DNA of 64,000 nt from Rudaea sp. (GTDB lineage Bacteria > Pseudomonadota > Gammaproteobacteria > Xanthomonadales > Rhodanobacteraceae). The notes under the pieces are model-generated. The model was not told where the DNA came from. It ran no database searches and saw only the letters and a list, made by a program, of their open reading frames with translations. The stretch lies in contig NZ_DATBQK010000022.1 of NCBI RefSeq assembly GCF_036560865.1, forward strand, positions 7,493 through 71,492. The letters run 5' to 3'. Below, piece by piece: positions 51,837-59,894 of the stretch (position 1 is its first letter; each line of letters starts with the position of its first letter). Made by a program: the position numbers and the translations under genes.

Positions 51837-53267
51837 ATGCCGACCACTGCCGATCCGCGCGCGCCATCGATCCGCCGCCGCCTGCTGTTGCTGCTGTCGG
51901 CCCCGCTTGCGCTGCTGCTCGCGCTCGGCGTGCTGGTCGATTACGTCTCCTCGACGACACCGCTGAATGCCGCCTACGACCAGGCGCTGGCCAGTTCGAT
52001 CGTCGCGGTCGCGGCGCACCTCAACATCGGCGCGGACGGCAAGGTGAAATCGGAACTGTCCGATCAGGCGATCGCGGTGCTGCGCGCGGACAACGAGGAC
52101 AAGATCTACTACCTCGTGCTCAATCCGCGCGGCGAGTTCGTCGCCGGCGACGAGGGCGTGCCAACCGCGGCGCCCGGGCGCGAGAATCCGTCGTTCCTCG
52201 ACGCCGAATTCCGCGGCGAACCGGTGCGCTCATCCACCTACCGGCTCGCCAACGCCGCAGGCGAAATATCGATCACCGTCGCCGAGACGACGAACAAGCG
52301 GCGCGATGCGATGCACAGCATGCTGAGCTACATCGTCGTCAGCGATCTGCTGCAATTGCTCGCCACCTTGCTGCTGGTCTGGCTCGGCGTGCGCATCGGC
52401 CTGCGTCCGCTGCTCGAGTTGCGCGACCAGATCGCGCAGCGCTCCGCACTCGATCTGGCCGCACTCGACGAGACCGGGGTGCCAAGCGAAGTGCGGCCGC
52501 TCACGCATGCGTTGAACCGCCTGTTTTCCACGGTTGCGGCAGCGGCGAACGCGCAGCACCGCTTTCTCGCCGATGCCGCGCATCAATTGCGCACGCCGCT
52601 GGCCGGGCTGCAGGCGCAGCTGGAATTGCTTGCCGGCGATCCTGCCGTGGCGGATCCAGCCAGCGCGGCGTTGCGCGAACGCGTAACCCAGCTGCATGCC
52701 GGCATGCAGCGCCTGGGACACACCGCGAACCAGTTGCTCGCGCTCGCACGCGCCGAACCCGCGACCAATCCGGCCGACGATTTCCGCTCGCTGCAATTGC
52801 AGGCCTTGGCCGAGGATGCGGTGAGCGCGCATTTCGATCACGCCCTGAAGCGACAGATCGACCTGGGTGTCGAAGCCGAGCCGGCGCAGGTGCGCGGCAG
52901 CGCCTGGCTGTTGCGCGAACTTCTCGCCAACCTGATCAACAATGCGCTTACCTACACGCAAACGAACGGACGCGTGACCGTGCGCAGCGGGGTCGTGGAC
53001 AAGCTTGCTTCGCCAGCAACCGCAATCGCGTTTCTGGAAGTCGAAGACGACGGCCCCGGCATCCCGCCAAGCGAGCGCACGCGCGTGCTCGAACGTTTCT
53101 ACCGCGTGGCTGGCGGCGGCCACGACGGCAGTGGACTGGGCCTGGCGATCGTCGACGAAATCGCACGCGCGCATGGCGCCAGACTCGATATCTCGGCCGG
53201 TACGGACGGACTGGGCACGCGCGTACGCGTCGAGTTTGCGGCCGTTGCGCGAAGCGTCCCCGGCTAA
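51837..53267 (+). CDS. Sensor histidine kinase (2CSK_N/TctE-QseC-like N-terminal sensor, HisKA, HATPase_c)
   Basis: N-terminal TM plus AYDQALASSIVAVAAHL, H-box AAHQLRTPLAGLQAQLELL, N/G boxes LINNALTYT, DDGPGIP, GSGLGLAIV. Confidence 0.85.
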   Translation: MPTTADPRAPSIRRRLLLLLSAPLALLLALGVLVDYVSSTTPLNAAYDQALASSIVAVAAHLNIGADGKVKSELSDQAIAVLRADNEDKIYYLVLNPRGEFVAGDEGVPTAAPGRENPSFLDAEFRGEPVRSSTYRLANAAGEISITVAETTNKRRDAMHSMLSYIVVSDLLQLLATLLLVWLGVRIGLRPLLELRDQIAQRSALDLAALDETGVPSEVRPLTHALNRLFSTVAAAANAQHRFLADAAHQLRTPLAGLQAQLELLAGDPAVADPASAALRERVTQLHAGMQRLGHTANQLLALARAEPATNPADDFRSLQLQALAEDAVSAHFDHALKRQIDLGVEAEPAQVRGSAWLLRELLANLINNALTYTQTNGRVTVRSGVVDKLASPATAIAFLEVEDDGPGIPPSERTRVLERFYRVAGGGHDGSGLGLAIVDEIARAHGARLDISAGTDGLGTRVRVEFAAVARSVPG

Positions 53268-53450
53268 CCCGCCCGCTGGCCTTCGGAATTTCGCCAATCC
53301 ACGGCACATGATTGGCAAATGAAGCGATTGGCGGATTTCGCACAACCCTTACGGCATTGTCAGGTTATTGCAAGCTTCGCCCCGCTATTGTGGGCACGTG
53401 GTGCAGGGACTCCCCGCGTCGCTACCCCCGACGTCTGCATCGCGACCCCA

Positions 53451-53486
53451 AACGGCCCGCTCTCCCCAGCGGGCCGTTTTTCTTTT
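53451..53486. terminator. Strong hairpin terminator in the kinase/ubiA convergent spacer
   Basis: aacggcccgct-ctcccc-agcgggccgtt (53451-53478), followed by tttttctttt on the + strand and tttgggg on the - strand. It is 184 nt after the kinase stop and 61 nt after the ubiA stop. Confidence 0.6.
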
Positions 53487-53546
53487 GCAGCTCGGCGATT
53501 AGCCGAGTCGCGAAGATCAAAAAGCGCGCATCCGTGCCCGCACTTT

Positions 53547-54539
53547 TCACTTCAACGCCAGCGACAGCACGATCCCCGCCCACAACACCATGCCGACCCA
53601 GCCGTTGTTGCGGAATGCGGCGAAACAAGCGTCGCGCCAGCGACTGCGCATGGTCCATAGCTGCCATGCGAACAACAGCGCGGCGACACCGAGGCCGGCG
53701 AAATACGGCCAGTGCAGGTGGCCACGCTGCGCGACCAGAGTCATCGTCAGCAGGAACGTGAACATGAGCACGCCGAGGATCGGCAAATCCGCGTCGCCGA
53801 ACAGGATCGCCGTCGATTTTGCGCCCGCGTTCACATCATCGTCGCGATCGACCATCGCGTACTCGGTGTCGTAGATCGTCGAGAACAGGATGTTGGCCAG
53901 GAACAACAGCCAGCACAGCGGCGGCAGCGAGTTGGTCACCGCGGCGAACGCCATCGGGATCGACCAGCCGAACGCGGCGCCTAAGTATACTTGTGGAAGA
54001 TGCGTATAGCGCTTGGTGAACGGGTAGCTCACGGCAAGAAACGCGCCGACCACCGACAGCTCGATCGTCAGGCGGTTGGTGAACAGGACGAGCACGAACG
54101 CGACTGCGATCAGCGCCGCGAAAACCAGCAGCGCCTCAGCCGGCGACACGGTTCCGGCCGCGATCGGGCGCTCGCGCGTGCGCGCGACCGCGGGGTCGAG
54201 CTTGCGGTCGGCGTAGTCGTTGATCACACAGCCGGCCGAACGCATCGCGAACACGCCAAGGGTGAAGATGACGAGCGTCGGCCACGGCGGAAAATCGCCG
54301 GCGGCCAGCCACAGCGCCCACCAGGTCGGCCATAGCAACAGGGCAGCGCCGATCGGTTTGTGCATGCGCGCGAGCTTGGCGTATTCGCCCAGGCGTTCGC
54401 GCACGAGCGCCCAGCCGCGAGTATCCGGCGGCGGCTTTTTTTTGACGTTTTTCCGCGCCTGCGCCGGCTTCGCCACGCTCTTGCGCACTGGCGGCGCGGG
54501 CGATCGGCGTGATTTTGGTGGAGCGGATTCGTTGCTCAT
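53547..54539 (-). CDS. ubiA: 4-hydroxybenzoate polyprenyltransferase UbiA (with a ~45-residue basic N-terminal extension)
   Basis: [33 protein letters not shown], and a second Asp-rich motif [16 protein letters not shown] 54539 is the nearest upstream start. Confidence 0.85.
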   Translation of the reverse strand: MSNESAPPKSRRSPAPPVRKSVAKPAQARKNVKKKPPPDTRGWALVRERLGEYAKLARMHKPIGAALLLWPTWWALWLAAGDFPPWPTLVIFTLGVFAMRSAGCVINDYADRKLDPAVARTRERPIAAGTVSPAEALLVFAALIAVAFVLVLFTNRLTIELSVVGAFLAVSYPFTKRYTHLPQVYLGAAFGWSIPMAFAAVTNSLPPLCWLLFLANILFSTIYDTEYAMVDRDDDVNAGAKSTAILFGDADLPILGVLMFTFLLTMTLVAQRGHLHWPYFAGLGVAALLFAWQLWTMRSRWRDACFAAFRNNGWVGMVLWAGIVLSLALK

Positions 54540-54628
54540 CGTGCAAGTGTACGTCAGCCGCCGCGTTGCTCGCATTGCGCACGCGCCTCGGCGTATGCTC
54601 GCCGCCAGTCGCCGATCGGGAGTCCACA

Positions 54629-56269
54629 ATGCTGCGCCTGGTGCCATCCCGCTACCTGCCGTTTGTCATTTGCCTTGCCGTATTCGCCTTGTCGCTGGCA
54701 ATGCCGTGGGACGGCTACATTTGGCGTTGGCTGGCTGCGGTCAGTGGCTGCCTCAGTGTGATCGGCGTGGTCGACATGCTGCAGACGCGGCACACGTTAC
54801 GGCGGAATTTTCCGCTCAGTGGGCACATCCGCACCTTCTTCGAGTATTTCCGGCCCATGCTGCGCCAGTATGTGGTCGAATCCGACAATGAAGAAGTCCC
54901 GTTTTCGCACGCGCAGCGGTCCCTCGCCTACCAGCGCGCCAAGAACGTGCTCGACAAGCTCCCGTTCGGCACCGAGTTGGATCTGTACGCGACGCAATAC
55001 GAATGGATCAACCACTCGCTCGCGCCGGCGAAGATCGACAGCGCCGATTTCCGCATCGCGATCGGCGGTCCGCAGTGCACGCAGCCTTATTCAGCGAGCG
55101 TGTTCAACATCTCGGCGATGAGTTTCGGCGCGCTGTCGGCGAATGCGATTCGCGCGCTCAACGAGGGCGCGCGCCGCGGCGGCTTCTATCACGATACCGG
55201 CGAAGGCTCGCTGTCGCGCTATCACCGCGAAATGGGCGGCGACATCTGCTGGGAAATCGGTTCGGGCTACTTCGGCTGCCGCAACGACGACGGTACCTTC
55301 AGCGAAGAAAAATTTGTGGAGCATGCGATTTCTCCACAGGTGAAAATGATCGAAATCAAGCTCTCGCAGGGCGCCAAGCCCGGCCATGGCGGCGTGCTGC
55401 CGGCGGCCAAGGTTAGCGCGGAAATCGCTGCGGCGCGTGGAGTGCCAATGGGCGTGGATTGCGTCTCGCCGGCGGCGCACAGCGCGTTTTCGACGCCGAT
55501 CGGCCTGCTTCAATTCGTCGCGCGCCTGCGCGAGAAATCCGGCGGCAAGCCGACCGGGTTCAAGCTCGCGCTCGGCCATCCCTGGGAATGGTTCGGTATC
55601 GCCAAGGCGATGCAGCAGTCGGGAATCCTGCCCGACTTTATCGTCGTCGACGGCGGCGAAGGCGGCACTGGTGCTGCGCCGCTCGAATTCTCCGACCATG
55701 TCGGCGCGCCGTTGCGCGAGGCGCTGATGCTCGTGCACAACACCCTGGTCGGCCTCGGCCTGCGCGACAAGATCCGCGTCGGCGCGAGCGGCAAGGTCAT
55801 CACCGCGTTCGATCTGGCGCGCACGCTGGCGCTCGGCGCGGACTGGTGCAACGCCGCGCGCGGTTTCATGTTCGCGCTCGGATGCATCCAGTCGCAGAAC
55901 TGCCATACCGACCGCTGCCCGACCGGCGTCGCCACCCAGGATCCGGGCCGCTGGAAAAAACTCAACGTGCCGGACAAGGTCGAGCGCGTGAAGATGTTCC
56001 ACGAAAACACTTTGCACGCGCTCAAGGAACTGATCGCGGCCGCGGGCCTGACCCATCCGAGCGAGCTCGGACCCGAACACGTGATCCGCCGCGTCACTTC
56101 GACCGAAGTGCGTTCGCTGTCAGCGCTGTACCAGTTCGTCAGACCGGGCGAGCTGATCAACGGCATGCCGAACCATGCCGTATTCAAGGTGTTCTGGAAC
56201 GTCGCGCGCGCCGACACGTTTGCGCCGCCGCACAGCGTGCTCGAATTGCACCACACCAAGAGCCGTTAG
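54629..56269 (+). CDS. FMN-binding glutamate synthase family protein (GltB central-domain-like), N-terminal TM helices
   Basis: [45 protein letters not shown] before ATG 54629. Confidence 0.8.
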   Translation: MLRLVPSRYLPFVICLAVFALSLAMPWDGYIWRWLAAVSGCLSVIGVVDMLQTRHTLRRNFPLSGHIRTFFEYFRPMLRQYVVESDNEEVPFSHAQRSLAYQRAKNVLDKLPFGTELDLYATQYEWINHSLAPAKIDSADFRIAIGGPQCTQPYSASVFNISAMSFGALSANAIRALNEGARRGGFYHDTGEGSLSRYHREMGGDICWEIGSGYFGCRNDDGTFSEEKFVEHAISPQVKMIEIKLSQGAKPGHGGVLPAAKVSAEIAAARGVPMGVDCVSPAAHSAFSTPIGLLQFVARLREKSGGKPTGFKLALGHPWEWFGIAKAMQQSGILPDFIVVDGGEGGTGAAPLEFSDHVGAPLREALMLVHNTLVGLGLRDKIRVGASGKVITAFDLARTLALGADWCNAARGFMFALGCIQSQNCHTDRCPTGVATQDPGRWKKLNVPDKVERVKMFHENTLHALKELIAAAGLTHPSELGPEHVIRRVTSTEVRSLSALYQFVRPGELINGMPNHAVFKVFWNVARADTFAPPHSVLELHHTKSR

Positions 56270-57012
56270 CTGGTCGCCGGCGCGCGCCGCCGCGCCGACG
56301 TGCCGATCAGGTCGAGAAAATTGTTGAATACCGCATGCGCGGCGTTTTGCATCGCGTCGATGCGCGCAAATGTATCGGCGCGGATCGAGTCGGCGTCGCG
56401 GCCGAGGCCAGCGGCGATCAAATCGTCGCGATATCCGGGCAGGCCAAGCCAGCGCTCTATCAGCGCCTTGTTCACTTCGAGATGGAACTGGAATCCATAG
56501 GCATTCGTGCCGTGGCGAAACGCCTGGTTTTCACAGGTCGGCGTGCGCGCAAGATGGACTGCGCCCGCGGGCATATCGAAGGTGTAGCCATGCCATTGAA
56601 AAACCGGCAACGCGGCGCCGAGCGGCGCGAGCACCGGATCGTCGCGGCCATCGTCGGTCGTGGCGACATCGTACCAACCGATCTCGCTGCAGCGATGGCG
56701 CTGAATTCGCGCACCGAGCGCGTGCGCGAGCAATTGCGCGCCGAGACAGATGCCGAGCACGGGCTTGCCCTGCGCGATCGCTTCGCCGATCACCTCGATT
56801 TCGGTTTGCAGGTGCGGGCGGCTTTCACGATCCTCGACATTCATCGGACCGCCGAGCACGATCAGACCGCGATAGCGATCCAGTCTGGGCCGCGCATCGG
56901 GATCGCGCTCGAAATTGACGAACTTGACCCGATGCCCGCGCCGGCGGATCAGCGGATCGAGGGTGCCGAGCGGCTCGGCGGCGACGTGCTGGAAGACCAG
57001 GATGCGTGACAT
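56266..57012 (-). CDS. Class I glutamine amidotransferase-like protein (GuaA-N/GATase1 family)
   Basis: MSRILVFQH..., nucleophile context PVLGICLGAQLLAHALG, FQFHLE. Its stop overlaps the convergent gene's stop by 4 nt. Confidence 0.75.
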   Translation of the reverse strand: MSRILVFQHVAAEPLGTLDPLIRRRGHRVKFVNFERDPDARPRLDRYRGLIVLGGPMNVEDRESRPHLQTEIEVIGEAIAQGKPVLGICLGAQLLAHALGARIQRHRCSEIGWYDVATTDDGRDDPVLAPLGAALPVFQWHGYTFDMPAGAVHLARTPTCENQAFRHGTNAYGFQFHLEVNKALIERWLGLPGYRDDLIAAGLGRDADSIRADTFARIDAMQNAAHAVFNNFLDLIGTSARRRAPATS

Positions 57013-57080
57013 TGGGTGAGAATTGCGGCCACGGGTCGCCGCTTTCGATCTTCGTGTTCAGGACGAACGCAAGGTACACG

Positions 57081-57112
57081 AAAAAAAACGGGCCCGCGAG
57101 GAGCCCGTTTTT
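57081..57112 (-). terminator. Rho-independent terminator after the DUF481 gene
   Basis: The minus strand reads aaaaacgggctcctcgcgggcccg followed by tttttttt, 25 nt after the stop at 57137. Confidence 0.7.
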
Positions 57113-57136
57113 GCATCAACAACGCGAAGCAGTGAA

Positions 57137-57967
57137 TCAGAAGCCGTAGACGAGGTTCGTCGTCAGAAGCTGATCGGTCTTCTTGAAGCCAGGCAGCACC
57201 TGGGAGTTGCTGCGAATCTGATAGCCGACCTTGATCGCCAGCTTGTCGCTCATCTTCACCGCCAGGCCGGCATCGTTCTGGTAGAACTTGTTGCCGCTGC
57301 CAGCTTCGACCAGGAACGTATCCACGAACGAAGTGGTGGCGTTGAAGTTGTGCTTGTAGCTCATCAGGCCGCGCAACACCACATTGCTGTCCGAGTCGGG
57401 CTTGACGCTCAACAGCGGCGGCGGCGGGGTCGGGTTAATGATAAGAAACGATGTGGGCTGTACCACCTTGTAGCCCGGGCCGGCTTCGAACGACAGTTCG
57501 TCGCTGGCGTTCTTCAGCACCTGATAACCGTAGCCGATCGACGCGGTGTACTGATACGAGTAGGGTGAAAACTCGTCATGCTCGTAGCGCAGCGCGCCGA
57601 CGATGTAGCTGCGGTCGTCGAGCTTGTATCCGGCCGAAGCGCCCGCTTCGTAGCGGTTCGCGGTCAGCTCGTAATTGGTGGTGTTGACCAGCGTCGCCGG
57701 CGTGGTGCTGGTGTTGACCGTGGTCGAGGTCACGTTGCTCTTGTTGCGCAGCGCGAGCAGGTAGAAATCGTCCTTCCACTGGTCGTCGTTGTACTTGAGG
57801 TCGAGCTTGGCGTTGAGGTTCTGCGACTTGGTGTTGCCGCTGGCGATGGCCAGACCGGCTTCGCCGGTGCCGGACCAGCCTTGGGGTGGCGGCGGCGGCG
57901 GATCAGCGGCCAGCGCGGTCAGGGGTAATGCGAACAGCAAAGCGGATGCGAGTAGCGTTTGTTTCAT
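57137..57967 (-). CDS. DUF481-family outer-membrane beta-barrel protein (YdiY-like)
   Basis: Signal peptide MKQTLLASALLFALPLTALA, GWSGTGEAGLAIASGNTKSQNLNAKLDL, C-terminal ...TTNLVYGF. GGAGAAG SD. Confidence 0.7.
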   Translation of the reverse strand: MKQTLLASALLFALPLTALAADPPPPPPQGWSGTGEAGLAIASGNTKSQNLNAKLDLKYNDDQWKDDFYLLALRNKSNVTSTTVNTSTTPATLVNTTNYELTANRYEAGASAGYKLDDRSYIVGALRYEHDEFSPYSYQYTASIGYGYQVLKNASDELSFEAGPGYKVVQPTSFLIINPTPPPPLLSVKPDSDSNVVLRGLMSYKHNFNATTSFVDTFLVEAGSGNKFYQNDAGLAVKMSDKLAIKVGYQIRSNSQVLPGFKKTDQLLTTNLVYGF

Positions 57968-58077
57968 GACTTCTCCGTGGGCAAATCCGTCGACTCGACG
58001 GGCCCACCATTTTACCCGTACACAATGATGCAATATGCACTTTTACAACGCGCGACGAGCCGCGATTATGCTGGCAT

Positions 58078-59067
58078 TCAGACGTGTTCTGCGCCGTAGT
58101 AAAGCGTGACCACGTGTCGGGCCTCGGCAAAAAACAGCCAGCGTTCGACGAAGCAACCCGCCGTGACGCTTGCCGCAATCGCGGCAGCGCATGCCGATGC
58201 GAGCCACCCACTGGTCGCAATCGGTGGCCACAGCAACAGCGACGCCACTGGTACGGGCACGAGTCCGATCAGCAGCGCGGCAATCTGCCGCAGGCGCGCG
58301 GCGTGTTTGCGCGCGAGCACGAAACCCATCTCGCGCAGCAGGTAATTTTCTTCCGTATGCGGCGTCTCGGCGCTACGCACCGTGCCGAAACTGCCGAGGC
58401 CGGTGGCCGATTCGATCGTCGCCGCATGGCGCGAACGATCGAGAAAACGCCAATAAGAGATTTTCCAGACGGTAGCGGTCAAAGCCAATAGCAGGACCAG
58501 CACCGCAAGTACGCATTGCACACGGTTTGGCGTGACATCGCCCGCCTCGAACAGCGGCCAGAACAAGGCATGCGCGCAAAGCAGCCAGGCCGCACCGGCG
58601 AGCAGCCCGAGCAGAAGATATCCCGCCACGACCTGGCGATTGTTCCAGGCATGTATCGTCTTCAGTGAAGCGTAAATCTGTGCCGTGCAAAATACCGTCG
58701 CTGTCGCAAGTGCGGCGAGCGCCAGCGCGCACGCGCGCACAACGGTGGTATCGACACCGCGCCAGATCAGTACGGCGAGCGCGCACACGGGCACGAAACT
58801 GGCGAGTGCGGACACGCCTTCGCGCGACAACCATGACGAACGCCATTGGCTCAGCGCGCGCCATGCACGTTGCGGCTGGCCCAGATGGAACAGCGATGCC
58901 ATCAGACCCGCCGCGGCCGCTCCCGCACCGACCACGAGAACCAACAGGACCTCGTTGCGTGCGACAAGCTGTGGATCGACGATCAGGCCGAGTCCGAGCA
59001 GGAACAACAGGCCGTAACCCGCGCCGGAAATCACCGTGAAGAAAATGACCGATAAGGCAGGATGCAT
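58078..59067 (-). CDS. DmsC/NrfD-like membrane anchor subunit of the Mo-oxidoreductase (SoeC-like)
   Basis: 329 aa with about 8 TM helices, starting MHPALSVIFFTVISGAGYGLLFL. It begins 14 nt after the FeS subunit stop. Confidence 0.7.
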   Translation of the reverse strand: MHPALSVIFFTVISGAGYGLLFLLGLGLIVDPQLVARNEVLLVLVVGAGAAAAGLMASLFHLGQPQRAWRALSQWRSSWLSREGVSALASFVPVCALAVLIWRGVDTTVVRACALALAALATATVFCTAQIYASLKTIHAWNNRQVVAGYLLLGLLAGAAWLLCAHALFWPLFEAGDVTPNRVQCVLAVLVLLLALTATVWKISYWRFLDRSRHAATIESATGLGSFGTVRSAETPHTEENYLLREMGFVLARKHAARLRQIAALLIGLVPVPVASLLLWPPIATSGWLASACAAAIAASVTAGCFVERWLFFAEARHVVTLYYGAEHV

Positions 59068-59081
59068 AAGGCTCGCAAAGT

Positions 59082-59894
59082 TCAGCGCGAAAGAATCTTG
59101 TCCATCCAGCGCAACAGCGGCGGCAGCTTTGTTGGATCGATCGCCTCCGGCGCGGCCTTGGCCGATGTGCAAGTCGAGCCATCGCGCCGCGGCCGCGGCG
59201 GCAGATATTTGTTGACCGGCTTGTAGCCCATCTCCGGCATCAGATCGTAACCGCCGCGCGCGGCCACGAGTTTCGACACGGCGGAGTCCACGTCGCCAAG
59301 ATCGCCGAAATGGCGCGCGCGCGTCGGGCAGGCCATCACGCAAGCCGGTTGGCGGTCGATTTCGTCGAAACTTTCGTTGTAGATGCGGTCGACGCACAAA
59401 GTACACTTTTGCATCACGCCGCGCTGTTCGGAGTATTCGCGCGCACCGTAGGGACAGGCCCAGGAACACAGTTTGCAGCCGATGCACTTGTCCTCGTCGA
59501 CCAGCACGATGCCGTCCTCGGCACGCTTGTAGCTCGCGCCGGTCGGGCAGACGGTGACGCATTCCGGCGTCTCGCAGTGCAGGCAGGAGCGCGGGAAGTG
59601 GACGGTCATTGCGGGAGACGGGAAACCGGAAGAGAGAGACGGAAGAGCGTTCGAAACTTGCGCTTTGTCTCCCGTCTCCCGTCTCCCGTCTCCCGTCACC
59701 TCGTAGCTATGCACGCGGTTGAACCAGACGCCGAGCGGCTCTTTGCCGTAGGGATTCTCGTCCGGCAATGGACCGAAATCGCCGCCGTCGTTCCATTCCT
59801 TGCACGCGACCGCGCAGGCGTGGCAGCCGACGCAGATATCCAGATCAATCACCAGACCGAGCTTCTTCGTCCCGGGCTGCGGCAGCATCGTCAT
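59082..59894 (-). CDS. 4Fe-4S dicluster electron-transfer subunit (DmsB/SoeB-like) carrying a 28-codon repeat-derived insertion
   Basis: Cys clusters CVGCHACAVACK, CLHCETPECVTVCP, CIGCKLCSWACP, CTLC...CVMACP. The ATG 59894 overlaps the catalytic subunit stop (ATGA). Confidence 0.8.
   Translation of the reverse strand: MTMLPQPGTKKLGLVIDLDICVGCHACAVACKEWNDGGDFGPLPDENPYGKEPLGVWFNRVHSYEVTGDGRRETGDKAQVSNALPSLSSGFPSPAMTVHFPRSCLHCETPECVTVCPTGASYKRAEDGIVLVDEDKCIGCKLCSWACPYGAREYSEQRGVMQKCTLCVDRIYNESFDEIDRQPACVMACPTRARHFGDLGDVDSAVSKLVAARGGYDLMPEMGYKPVNKYLPPRPRRDGSTCTSAKAAPEAIDPTKLPPLLRWMDKILSR
59613..59696. repeat. Heptamer-repeat palindromic element inside the FeS subunit gene: (GTCTCCC)x4 at 59667-59694, facing degenerate GGGAGAC-type copies at 59613-59647
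   Basis: Read directly: gggagacgggaaaccggaagagagagacggaagag ... gtctcccgtctcccgtctcccgtctccc. It is 84 nt (28 codons, TGDGRRETGDKAQVSNALPSLSSGFPSP) and in frame. Confidence 0.85.

Noticed and set aside
53312-53761. ORFs of 149 and 113 aa in the kinase-ubiA spacer
   Set aside because: They are low-complexity and Arg/Pro/Ala-rich, run across a terminator hairpin and into antisense ubiA, and have no SD.
56266-56269. The 4-nt overlap of convergent stop codons (TTAG) between the GltS-like and GATase genes
   Set aside because: This is a trivial consequence of compact convergent genes, with no evidence of functional coupling.
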